The notes: a model not told the origin generated them from the sequence alone. Positions 53,077 through 63,971 are shown, counted from the first letter of the whole stretch. The stretch is 63,971 nt of DNA, filler included, from Octopus bimaculoides (GCF_001194135.2; 7 parts of 6 records of this genome joined end to end with filler, not necessarily neighbours in it), one strand, 5' to 3'. Numbers and translations are program-made.

Positions 53077-53612
53077 TGGCTGAGTGGTAAGTAGCTTGCT
53101 ACCAACCACATGGTTCCGGTCTCAGTCCCACTGCGTGGCAACTTGGACAAGTGTCTTCTACTATAGCCTCGGGCAGACCAAAGCCTTGTGAGTAGACAGA
53201 AACTGAAAGAAGCCCGTCGTATATATATATATATATNNNNNNNNNNNNNNNNNNNNNNNNNNNNNNNNNNNNNNNNNNNNNNNNNNNNNNNNNNNNNNNN
53301 NNNNNNNNNNNNNNNNNNNNNNNNNNNNNNNNNNNNNNNNNNNNNNNNNNNNNNNNNNNNNNNNNNNNNNNNNNNNNNNNNNNNNNNNNNNNNNNNNNNN
53401 NNNNNNNNNNNCGTGTGTATGTCTGTCCCCCAATATCGCTTGACAACCGATGCTGGTGTGTTTACATCCCCGTAATTTAGCGGTTCGGCATAAGAGACCG
53501 ATATAATAAGTACTAGGCTTGCAAAGAATAAGTCCTGGAGTCGATTTGTTCGACTAAAGGCGGTGCTCCAGCATCGCCGCAATCAAATGAATGAAACAAG
53601 TAAAAGAGTAAG
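53075..53612 (+). mobile_element. SINE family A, full length, gap in the internal microsatellite
   Basis: Head 53075-53220, tail 1 53412-53612. Confidence 0.92.
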
Positions 53613-53664
53613 ATAGTAAAAGAGTAACAACAATAATAAAAATAATAATAACAACAACAATAAT

Positions 53665-53935
53665 AATTATGATAGTGCCAATTATTATTGGGGTCTTGGG
53701 AACAGTATCAGAAGGCATCAACAGGAATATAAAGGAAGTTAGAATAGAGTGCCCAGTAGAACTGTTACAAAAGGTTTGCCTCCTTGGCACGGCCAGAATA
53801 ATTAAGAAAGTGTTAGATGTTTGAAAAGAAGAAATAGCATGGTACCGTAGGCTGCAGGTAGTAAGTCGGCTACGCATTCACGACTCCGGGAGTTCAAACA
53901 AAACCAGTGATAAAGAATAAATAATATTGATAATA
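53665..53935 (+). mobile_element. R4/Dong-like (RLE-type) non-LTR retrotransposon 3' end
   Basis: IVPIIIGVLGTVSEG..ELLQKVCLLGTARIIKKVLDV* C-terminal motif, short 3' UTR, (TAA)-type repeat context. Confidence 0.72.
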
Positions 53936-54163
53936 GTATATATATGTATATATAAGATAAACAAGAGTGAAAAAACTACAGAAGGCTTGTATTATATGGT
54001 TAAAGTATATATTTAAATCATGTTAGAAAAATGTTATAAAGTTTTGAGTATAGAAACATTGTTTTGAGAGAGAGAGGGAGGAGAAAAGAAATGTATAATG
54101 GATGGATAGATAGATAGATAGATAGATAGTTATTCGAAATCTGATTTTTCCAACGGCACAACA

Positions 54164-54310
54164 TTTTCGTCTACCAAATCCACTCACAAGGCTTTAGTCG
54201 GCCCGAGACTATAGTAGAAGACACTTGCCCAAGGTGCCACACTGCGAGACTGAAGCCGGGATCATGTGGTTGGTAAGCAAGCTACTTACCACACATTCAC
54301 TCCTACGCCT
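54164..54310 (-). mobile_element. SINE family A head
   Basis: Near-identical to 30860-30990. Confidence 0.88.
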
Positions 54311-54450
54311 ATATATATGTGAATGTATGAAAAAAATATATATACATATATATATGTATATATATGTATGTATATATATATATCTATACACTCGCACACT
54401 CTCTCTCTCTCACACACACACATATGTATATATACACACATATTTATATA

Positions 54451-54760
54451 TACAAACGTTGTCTGATCAATAAGTATCCGGGCTGTTGCCATAGTAACAA
54501 AGCTAAAGCACGCAGAGTAAAGCCGCTTAGCACAGATTCGCCTTCAACTCTGTTGCGCATGCGTGCGCATTAAGTTTTAACGCTCTAGCTCACTTCCGCT
54601 GTTTACAGCAGTGCTTGGAAGGAAGGTGTGTAGCGTGTGATCGTCGCATTGACCATGACAGAGGAAGTTGAGCAGTGAATCTGCGTTAATTTTTTCAAAA
54701 GCTTGGCGATACCTGGTCAGAGGCCTACGGAAAGTTTTCAAAAAGTTTTCAAAAAGTTTT
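54451..54760 (+). mobile_element. mariner element 5' end (TIR, leader, first codons)
   Basis: gtctgatcaataagtatccgg TIR; MTEEVEQ*ICVNFFQKLGDTWSEAYGKF. Confidence 0.8.
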
Positions 54761-55364
54761 CATTGTTCTCGATACAATCAAGGACATCTTGTGCAACTGA
54801 AACCCGAGTGTCTTTTTGGTCAGTTGAAAGCTGTTTTAGCACAAAACTGGTGGACACGTGTCTCATACCCAAATCGTCAGTGATAATGGACTGGCCTGAA
54901 CCGTAACAAATCTGCACATTCTCTGATAACTCACGGATGGTGATTCAACGATTTCCCTTCACAGCTGCACGCACATCTGCGATGTTTTTCTGGGTTCTGC
55001 TTGTTGCGGGTCACCCAGAAGTTCGTCAATATCGATATTTTTCGACCATCTTGGAAACATCTGCACCACTCATAGACTTATGTGCGGCTCATACACTCCT
55101 CTACATACACTTTCTGAAATTTTGCGTAGGCCTCTGAGAGGTATCGCCGTGACAACTTTCTCTTTCATAGTCAATGTGACGATCACAGGTTAAAGATCTT
55201 CATTCCATGCACTTTTGTAAACAGCGGAAGTAAGCTACAACGTCAAAATTTAGTGCACATGCATAGCAGAGTTTAAGGTCAATCTGTGTCAAGCAGCTTC
55301 ACTCTGCATGCTTTAGCTACGTTACTATGGCAACAGTCCGGATACTTATTGATCAGACCTCATC
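54740..55364 (-). mobile_element. mariner element 5' end plus transposase N-terminus, inverted relative to the previous copy
   Basis: TIR gaggtctgatcaataagtatccggac; YAKFQKVYVEECMSRT*VYEW..KNIADVRAAV..ITIRELSE..LGMRHVSTSFVLKQLSTDQK..NNENFLK. Confidence 0.87.
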
Positions 55365-55366
55365 TA

Positions 55367-55495
55367 TATTGAGCGGAAACACCTAAAGCTTCACGAGACT
55401 CCGGCAGGAGGTGGTGGCGAACCCTGCTATATTCTTTCACCACAACTTTCTCTCACTCTTTCTTTGTTTCTGTTGCACCTGTATTTCAAAATTTT
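55367..55495 (+). mobile_element. SINE family C, internal fragment
   Basis: ttgagcggaaacacctaaagc..ggtggcgaaccctgctatattctttcaccacaactttctctcactc. Confidence 0.75.
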
Positions 55496-56033
55496 ATGAT
55501 GATGATATGTGTGGGTGTGTGGTAAGAGAAAATAATTGAAAATCATAAAAAAAGAACAGAGGTATTTATTAAATTAAAACTGTTTATATTCCTGTTGATA
55601 CGCCTTTAGTTATTTGTTGCGTAATTCTTTTACGAATTAAAATTTCTTTGTTATTGTGGGTAAAAGATCTTTACGTTACCACTCTTAGCGTTTACCTTAC
55701 TTCATTTTACCGAAGGTTTACCAAAAACAAAACATTTCTTCATTCCATATTCAAAATACCCATTAAATGGTGTGGTTATTTTGCGCAGCTACATTCACCC
55801 TTTTGAATTTAATATTTTCTGAAGCCAAGTTTGTCCTCACTTTCTCTTTCCTTTAATCACATTTCAATTTTAATTATAAATTTTAAATTTAATCCGAACT
55901 TTACCCTTATTTTAATATTCACAAGCATATTTTGTATGTGCAAGTTGCTACACGCACCAAATAGTCTATTTGAGATCAGGAAGCAGAAAAGTCCATGGAT
56001 CGTTGCAAGCAGACTCAACTTTAACTATATATA

Positions 56034-56133
56034 NNNNNNNNNNNNNNNNNNNNNNNNNNNNNNNNNNNNNNNNNNNNTTAATTAATTAANNNNNNNNNNN
56101 NNNNNNNNNNNNNNNNNNNNNNNNNNNNNNNNN
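56034..56133. other. Artificial 100-bp scaffold spacer
   Basis: 44 N + TTAATTAATTAA + 44 N. Confidence 0.95.
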
Positions 56134-56168
<35 letters not shown>

Positions 56169-56264
56169 AGCAGGCAAAGATGTAGTGGATATTTTAAAAT
56201 TTGGTCGTTGACTGAAGATAACCAATCAGATTCGAGGTCATGCACGTGATCTGAAGAGTTTGAT

Positions 56265-56419
56265 TTCTGGCATTGTGAATTGGGTCATGATGCTGGTTTT
56301 CTCACAGACGGTGCCCAACTGACTCTACTACACTGTATAGTGGACGAAATCAAAAACAAACAATGCACATGCGCGAAATTAAGAATATAAAATGGCGACA
56401 ATTTACCCTTCCTACCCTG
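56265..56419 (-). mobile_element. Possible Tc1/mariner-superfamily left end
   Basis: TA|CAGGGTAGGAAGGGTAAATTGTCGCC terminus followed by MTQFTMPEI. Confidence 0.45.
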
Positions 56420-56745
56420 TATATAAATGTGTGTGTGTGTGTGTGTGTGTGCGTGTACACACGCATGCATATATGTATACACACATGCAGACACACGCGT
56501 ACACATATACATACATATATATCTTGCTTAGTCATAGTGAGACTAATAACCTGGTATAGAGCTCAATATACTTATGCTTCAGAACTAAGCGCTAAACAAG
56601 TATAGAGCGGTAATAAACTATTTCTGTTAGAGCTAGTGAAGGTCGTAAGACAATCGTTTATTCTTTTGTCAATTCATTTTCTTATACACACACACAAACA
56701 TATATACTTACACATGTAATATCGATATCTATACCTACACTAAAC

Positions 56746-56788
<43 letters not shown>

Positions 56789-57667
56789 NNNNNNNNNNNN
56801 NNNNNNNNNNNNNNNNNNNNNNNNNNNNNNNNNNNNNNNNNNNNNNNNNNNNNNNNNNNNNNNNNNNNNNNNNNNNNNNNNNNNNNNNNNNNNNNNNNNN
56901 NNNNNNNNNNNNNNNNNNNNNNNNNNNNNNNNNNNNNNNNNNNNNNNNNNNNNNNNNNNNNNNNNNNNNNNNNNNNNNNNNNNNNNNNNNNNNNNNNNNN
57001 NNNNNNNNNNNNNNNNNNNNNNNNNNNNNNNNNNNNNNNNNNNNNNNNNNNNNNNNNNNNNNNNNNNNNNNNNNNNNNNNNNNNNNNNNNNNNNNNNNNN
57101 NNNNNNNNNNNNNNNNNNNNNNNNNNNNNNNNNNNNNNNNNNNNNNNNNNNNNNNNNNNNNNNNNNNNNNNNNNNNNNNNNNNNNNNNNNNNNNNNNNNN
57201 NNNNNNNNNNNNNNNNNNNNNNNNNNNNATATATAAGTATATATACTTACACATCTGTATGTACGTATGCAGTATATGCATGCATTCCTGTGTGTATATG
57301 CGTGTATCCGTATATATGTTGATAGAGATGCATATAAATATAGTTAGAGCTAACATACGTATTTAAAGAATCCCCTATGTCCAGCATGAGCAATAAATAA
57401 ATAAACAAATAGAAATAAAAGATAGATGTCGGCCATGAATTTTTATCGTTGCACGCCGTCCAGTTTTATGTACGAAATCGGTATAGCAGACAAAGAGGGA
57501 AGGAAAGTTTTCACATACAACTAATATTATTGGCGACTGGACCGAACATTTACTGTTTAAATCAAGAGGTCTTCTTAATGATACTCTGAAGAGCTTGCTT
57601 TGACTTCATAACTTAATGATCTGACGTGTTAGCACAGCTGGTGGGCATACATACATACATACATACA

Positions 57668-57699
<32 letters not shown>

Positions 57700-57889
57700 C
57701 ACCCGCACACTCATGAATACAGATATATATACAGACAAATACTAAAAAAAAAAAAAATAATCCGCTGTGGGTATATTATACTATGTAGTATATTCTCTTC
57801 TCCTTACTGTACACGAATTGATTCAAATTTGTGACTTTCAATGAATGTTTGCCGACGGAGACCACCACTAATTCGTGTGTGTGTATATG

Positions 57890-58015
57890 TGTGTGTGTGT
57901 GTGTTCCTTATATATATATATGTGTGTGTGTTCCTTATATATATGTGTGTGTGTTCCTTATATATATGTGTGTGTGTGTGTTCCTTATATATATATGTGT
58001 GTGTGTGTGTGTGTA
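57890..58015. repeat. Higher-order repeat [(TG)n-TTCCT-(TA)n] x4
   Basis: Four gtgttccttatata units. Confidence 0.85.
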
Positions 58016-58194
58016 TTTATATATATACATACACACACAAACATACATATATACCTACTTACGTAAGTATGTATAAATGTATGTACGTAAGTACGTACGT
58101 ATGTATGTATGTATATATGTATGTATGCAAACAAACGCATACACATTTAGTTATAGAAAGAAAATATTGATAAACCGAAAGTAGAGAGTGAAGG

Positions 58195-58920
58195 ATATGT
58201 GTATAAGTCCCCTCCAGGGAGATGGCCCTGTTCAATATGTCAGAAGAGTGTTGGTAAAAACTCTGTACGTTGTACTCAGTGCAAGCTTTGGACACATAAG
58301 AGGTGTAGCGGTATCATAGAAAGGTCAACAGAGAAAATAGTCTATGTGTGTGGCAAATATGTGGGTATAATAAGTACTAAAAATGCGCGGATGATAGACT
58401 CCCCTAAACGCTCGGGTGTCATTACAAGTAGCAGAAAGCTTCTGTTACCTAGGCAACCATGTTAGCAGTGGTGGAGAGAGTTCTGAAAGTGTAGTTGCTA
58501 GAATAAGAACGGGCTGGGCAAAGTTCAGGGCGCTTCTACCTTTGTTGGTGACTAAGTGTCTCTTCCCCAGAGTGAAAGGCAAATTGTGTGATGCCTGTGT
58601 ACGTACAGCTATGTTACATGGCAGTGAAACATGGTATTTGAGCACAGAGGGCTTGCGAAGGTTTGAAAGAAATGAAGCTAGCATGCTCCGCTGGATGGGT
58701 AATGACAGTGTGTACATATGCCAGAGTGTAAATGATTTAAGATGAGAATTGGGTATAAGCCGCATCAGATGTGTGCAAGAGAACCCTGCGTTGGTTTGGT
58801 CATGTGATGCATATGGATAAGGACAGCTATATCAAAAAGTACTGAGCTCTAACTGTGGACAGAACCTGTGGAAAGGGTAGATCCAAGTAGACGTAGGATG
58901 AAGAGGTGAGAAAGTATCCC
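58195..58920 (+). mobile_element. RTE-clade LINE 3' ORF fragment with Cys-rich zinc-finger-like insert
   Basis: GRWPCSICQKSVGKNSVRCTQCKLWTHKRCSG..YVCGK, then VAESFCYLG..ARIRTGWAKFRALLPLL..ACVRTAMLHGSETW, LRWFGHVM-like motif, and a GRGRP-like end. Confidence 0.88.
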
Positions 58921-59251
58921 TCTTAAAAAAAACTATCCCTTTTAAAGTTCTTGCCTCTATCAATACATCCATCGATCTAGTAGTTTGCAAGAATTCGCAA
59001 GCACCGTCCTCTAATCCAACAGAACTTTTTGATTAGTGTAGAATGATTAATATCCTGAAGTCTAAACAACAAGAAAATTAATGCAAAAATTGCCTGACGA
59101 AGTATGCGTATCGAATTAATGGGCTCTCAGAAGGTCCTGGATATTATAGATAATATTTATTGATATCCTTTGGATATTGCAAGGTGGTTTCATAAAAATA
59201 CATGTCATGCCGAAACATATGTGGCAATACATTAATTTTAAGTATTTCTCG

Positions 59252-59288
<37 letters not shown>

Positions 59289-59392
59289 AGAGTAAGCACA
59301 TAAATGTGCAACAAGGTGGAAAAAAGAGTACTCAAATACCAGAAGTAGAGTAATATGCTTTATTTAAAAGCAGCAGAAATATAAAAGCAAAA

Positions 59393-59430
59393 CTGTCCGA
59401 TGAACGGGAACGTGAAACTCCGAGTAACAG
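59393..59430 (+). ncRNA. Minimal type I hammerhead motif, CCGAUGA core variant, at the apex of a ~44-bp hairpin
   Basis: CUGU-CCGAUGA-ACG ggaa CGU-GAAA-CUC c GAG-UA-ACAG. Confidence 0.7.
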
Positions 59431-59882
59431 CTTTTTGTTATATTTCTGCTGTTTTAAATAAAGTATATATATANNNNNNNNNNNNNNNNNNNNNNNNNNN
59501 NNNNNNNNNNNNNNNNNNNNNNNNNNNNNNNNNNNNNNNNNNNNNNNNNNNNNNNNNNNNNNNNNNNNNNNNNNNNNNNNNNNNNNNNNNNNNNNNNNNN
59601 NNNNNNNNNNNNNNNNNNNTAATTTCAGTGGAATCTATCCACTGGTTTTCAGAAATAGAGTTATTAATATTTCTAAGTCTCTCTAAAGGAGACTACGGCA
59701 GCGGTACTGGAAATTAATAGTTATCGCCAAGCCAACATGGCAGTCCCAAAATTAGGACGAAAGCTGCCGTGAATTAGCTCCAAGAAGCCATCGCCTCTAG
59801 CTAGCTATGTGACACACGAAACCTGTGTCCTTTATAACCTTCGAACAGGGGAGGTCAGCAGTGTCCCCCTGCTGGTTTGGCA

Positions 59883-59924
59883 TCTGCAGACTAGTTTCAG
59901 GGTGTTGCCCCTTGTCAATGCAGA
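59883..59924 (-). ncRNA. Minimal type I hammerhead motif, U3-A8 core variant, inside a ~140-bp fold-back
   Basis: UCUGCA-UUGACAA-GGGG caaca CCCU-GAAA-CUAG-UC-UGCAGA: 6-bp helix I, ACUAGU palindromic helix III, GUC site. Confidence 0.75.
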
Positions 59925-62064
59925 GCAGCCAAGCCTTAGCCAGGCGGCGCTGCTGACTATCTGCTCGAAGGTTATTTATCTAATTTCAGTGGAATCTATT
60001 TAAATACGTATTTTCTTAAGAAGAAATTTTTTTGTCCATGTTGTGTGTGATATTTTTGAGTGAATGATACAAACAGTAGAAAAACTAAGGGGTGGTAATT
60101 GGTTATCGTTATTATTGTCGGCAGGGGAAATAACTGTTCAGCTTTCGAAATCCCAAAACTAGTTTAGTGGGGAGATATATGTACAGTGATGTAATCGTGA
60201 ATTAAGATATGTATAGACAATATCCACCCTCACTTATAGACGAGGGAATTAAGCGGGTCAAGAAATAATAATGTGGCAGGCCCGGTTGGGACGAATGTTA
60301 CTTTTATTTAACCCCAGGAAACATCGTCTCCAGCTGGCTATACATAAGTCAACAGGAGAATTGACGGTTAAGTAAAAATTTAATATAAATTTGAGAAAAC
60401 ATATACGTCCTTATTTGGTAATTCCCAACGTACATACAAATGCAACTTGACCAGTGAAAAAAAAATTCAAGGAGGTTTTAAATAGAGATACCTATTGGAT
60501 TTCATAGAGAGGATGTCAGTTTTAATATTACATATATTAGCACCCACTTCCTATATATTTAGTCCAGATCCAAATAAACGTGACTAGAAGAACGAATATA
60601 TCAATCCCATAAAAACTAAGAAAAAAAAACAATGTACTTTAAACGTCTTTTTTTTTTGTTTTTCTATTAACTACTGAGGAGTACAAGTATGACTATTACA
60701 ATTTTCTATTTATGAATATCTGAGTCCATTTATATGAAACAATTGTATAGCAATATGAAAAGTAAAAACTATAATCTATTTTAACACCCAATCTCATTCA
60801 TTAAATAAATATGAATGAATTTGTTGAACTTTATTTAATAAGTTAAGTCATATACTGATTATTTCAGTACAAGCTTTCATACCTATACGAATATTATAAA
60901 AAAAAGTCGAATGTAAAGTATGAAGAAAATACATTAGAAATCTTAGGAAAAACATTCCGATTAAAGGACGAACATACATTCATCCGATAATATGTATGTG
61001 TATATATATATTAAAGCAACACACGTACCCACTCACATATAAATATCTAATATTTTGCACAGTCCTAGAGCAGTCTTAAATTTCGATTCTCTTTGGTAAA
61101 CCTATCTACTGCGTGAAACGAAACTGACTTTCAATTGATTAATTGTGAAGGAAGATAACGAAATGTGAGGAAAAGAAAAGAAACGATAAACGACCAAAAA
61201 TTGAACTGACAGATCCAGACAAATGTCACAGAATTTCATGAAACTGGTTATTGATGCAATACAGTAAATGTCTTGCAATATTGAATTGTAAGTCATTCAG
61301 TTCTTTAAATCGTTTAGACCAGAGATTTTCATTTTTTTCTTCTAGCATACTGCAATCCAACCATGTTGGTTTAATCTTAGAATGGGTTGTAAAGTGGTTG
61401 AATACGATAAAATAAGGGACACCATTTTATGGAAACTACTAAACAGGCGATGCATAATGCGTTAATAACTATATCTGGAAGTCAAGACTTTCAAACAACA
61501 TATTTCACCAAGTTATTTTTATAAATATTACTTATTACTAATTCTGAGGGCTCACCATTGACAAGTAATTGTTTGGGAATGCTTCAAAATTGCAATCCAG
61601 TTTTTACAAATTTCAAAAATCTCCGTAATTTCTCGTGCATATCTCTGTTGGAGAACTCCGGGTTTAGACAGTTGTAATTATGGCCATTCTGTAGCACTGT
61701 CTTCGTCTACTCGAAACATAGGCTTACTTCTTAAAAATGCCTCCCAAATGTTTGTTATTTTTCTCTTTTATTTGCACTTCTGCGGCATCGATCGAGCCGT
61801 CAGTAACATGTTCCTGCCAGCAGCGTATGCTAATTCATCGCTTCAGAGTCATCCATTATGTATGGTTAGATACAATCACGTACTATTTGTTGCCGTGTAC
61901 TCCAGGTCAATCAGTCTAGATACAATTTACAGATCCATAGCTCTTAATAATGTTGTACTGCTTTCAAGTTGAGGACCTTACTTTTACATGCAGCGGTTAG
62001 TTGTATCCGATACAGTTTTGCTGTCTAACCGTTTTGTTATACTTAAAAATTAAAACGCGAAGAA

Positions 62065-62250
62065 GGCGACGTGCTGGTAGAATCATTTGCACGTCGGGCG
62101 AAATACTTAGAGGTATTTCGTCCGTCTTTACGTTCTGAGTTGACTTTACCTTTCATCGTTTCGAGGTCGATAAAATAAGTACGAGTTGAATGCTGGATCG
62201 ATGTAATCGACTTACTCCTCTATGAAATTGCTGGCCTTGTGCCAAAAATT
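62065..62250 (+). mobile_element. SINE family B
   Basis: ggcgacgtgctggtagaatc..ttgactttacctttcatcgtttcgaggtcgataaaataagtac. Confidence 0.85.
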
Positions 62251-62769
62251 ATTAAAACGTAAAGGAGAAATCCTTACCAACCGTCTTAGTTTACCAAGCC
62301 ACCACTCAAGAAGAAACCACCAGACGTTTTTCAACCCAATACATATTGACTTCTCATGGAGACACTCTCATACAAACTGTTGCCGAGGGCCGCATTCAGA
62401 TTAATTTTATCAACTTCAGAAATTGGGGAATGAAGGACAATAGAGGATTTGAAATCAGAATGTAAAGAGTCGCAATTAGATATTAAAGTAATTGTTTAAA
62501 TGCAGTACTCTGTTTCTGCCCGTGTTTTGAAGAGAAGGAGCAATTAAATATTTGCTTGATACTTATTTTATCGACGCTGGGAAGATGTTGCAAGCACAAT
62601 CTATCTCTGTGTGATTCAACTCGGAACCGATCTATACATCAACACTCTTTCTTTGATGGAGTTAGAGGGGCACCATCTTGATATACATTTAAACCTGACG
62701 GAGTCCATATCTCTCTATGTATGAAATAGATAGAGATAGAGAGAGAGAGAGAATTATCGACTCCATTGC

Positions 62770-62890
62770 TGAAACTTCATTTATCGACATCAAAGGTCTG
62801 AAAGCAAAGTTGACTTCGGCTGAATTTGAACTCAGAGCGTAGAGAATTTGGAACAAACAGTGCAAAGCATTCTCGTATCCGACACTCTAA
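62770..62890 (-). mobile_element. SINE family B, diverged
   Basis: tttatcgacatcaaaggtctgaaagcaaagttgacttcggctgaatttgaactcagagcgta. Confidence 0.7.
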
Positions 62891-63181
62891 TGTCTCTGCC
62901 AACTTGCTTTTTAGTTTATTGATGTTCTTTAAAAAGAAAAGTGTCTTCTTAAAATATTGATTTCTAACAATGGTAAAAATAACATATTTTAAGGAATTAT
63001 GTATTCGATTCAACTGATTAAATACGGCACTTGAGTGGTCCTTAAATTTTTGACTGTGGCGGGTTGAAAACGAAAACGATTTTGGTGAAATTTGAACTTA
63101 GAATGTAAAGAAAGATAATTAAATTCCATTTTGTTTGGTACAATGTCAATTCTGCTAACCATTCTCTAATATTTATCTGAA

Positions 63182-63396
63182 ACAGGGGTAGCGAGATGGC
63201 AGAATCGTTAACACACCGGGCAAAATGCTTAGTGGTATTTCGTCCATCTTTACGTTCTGAGTGCAAAGTCCGCCGAGGTCGACTTTGCCTTTCATCCTTC
63301 CGAGATCGATAAAACAAGAACCAGTTGAAAACTGGGATCGATGTAATCGACTTAACCCCTCTCCTGAACTTGCTGGCATTGAGCAAAGATTTAAAG
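63182..63396 (+). mobile_element. SINE family B with 16-bp target-site duplication
   Basis: Flanked by CTAATATTTATCTGAA at 63166-63181 and 63397-63412. Confidence 0.92.
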
Positions 63397-63699
63397 CTAA
63401 TATTTATCTGAAGTATATATATTTTATCAATTGTATAGGACCACACATTTTAGGTGTAGTGTATAGTTGACTTACTGTATTTTCAGACATGCGAGTATAT
63501 AGCGTAAGCATGTAGTGTAAACATTCAAACATCACCACTATGTTTCCAAATCCTGCTGCGTTTCACACGGAATTTTTGGCTCTCCAAAGTCATCTTGGTG
63601 TATAAGTCGACTTTCCTATTTTTGGCTGTAAATTTCAGCCTGAAAAAAATCAACTAGTATACCGGAAAATTCAGTAATGAACCCTTTATATATGACTGA

Positions 63700-63830
63700 T
63701 ACTGTTTTATCAACATCGTAAGAATGAAAGGCAAAGTCGACTTCGAGAGGATTTGAACCCAAAATATAAAGGTCGCTTGACAAAATTGCGAAAGTCATCT
63801 GATCCGTCACTCTAACGCTTCTGCGCCTCT
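63700..63830 (-). mobile_element. SINE family B, diverged
   Basis: tttatcaacatcgtaagaatgaaaggcaaagtcgacttcgagaggatttgaacc. Confidence 0.7.
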
Positions 63831-63929
63831 CACTATCCTTTGATGTCTTCAAAATATTAATAAATCTTTAAACAATCTATCTAAAAGGCTTTCTTAATTA
63901 TCTCAGTCGCTCTTTTCCCTACTCTCTCA

Positions 63930-63971
<42 letters not shown>

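Noticed and set aside
61540-61990. Higher-complexity stretch, possible DNA-transposon ORF remnant
   Set aside because: No frame gave a recognisable motif

Overview
AT-rich eukaryotic DNA, dense in microsatellites and transposons. The SINE families and repeat landscape look like Octopus (inference from recalled repeat families, not a database search). Six identical artificial 100-bp spacers (44 N + TTAATTAATTAA + 44 N) cut the window into seven segments whose adjacency the sequence does not support. I found no host protein-coding gene; nearly all long ORFs in the track are microsatellite or N-run read-through. Recognisable coding remnants are all transposon-derived: RTE-clade LINEs (three kinds of fragment), CR1, R4/Dong-like, Penelope-like, two Helitron pieces, Tc1, Tigger/pogo and mariner. 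About 25 SINE copies from several modular families are also present. The most interesting signal is a set of minimal type I hammerhead-ribozyme motifs (8077, 27569, 28255, 59393, 59883). They have self-complementary helix III sequences, and three carry different non-canonical catalytic cores (CUGUUGA, CCGAUGA, and the compensated U3-A8 core UUGACAA). Two sit at the apex of long hairpins in a small non-coding, retrozyme-like locus. All folds were derived by eye and activity is untested.
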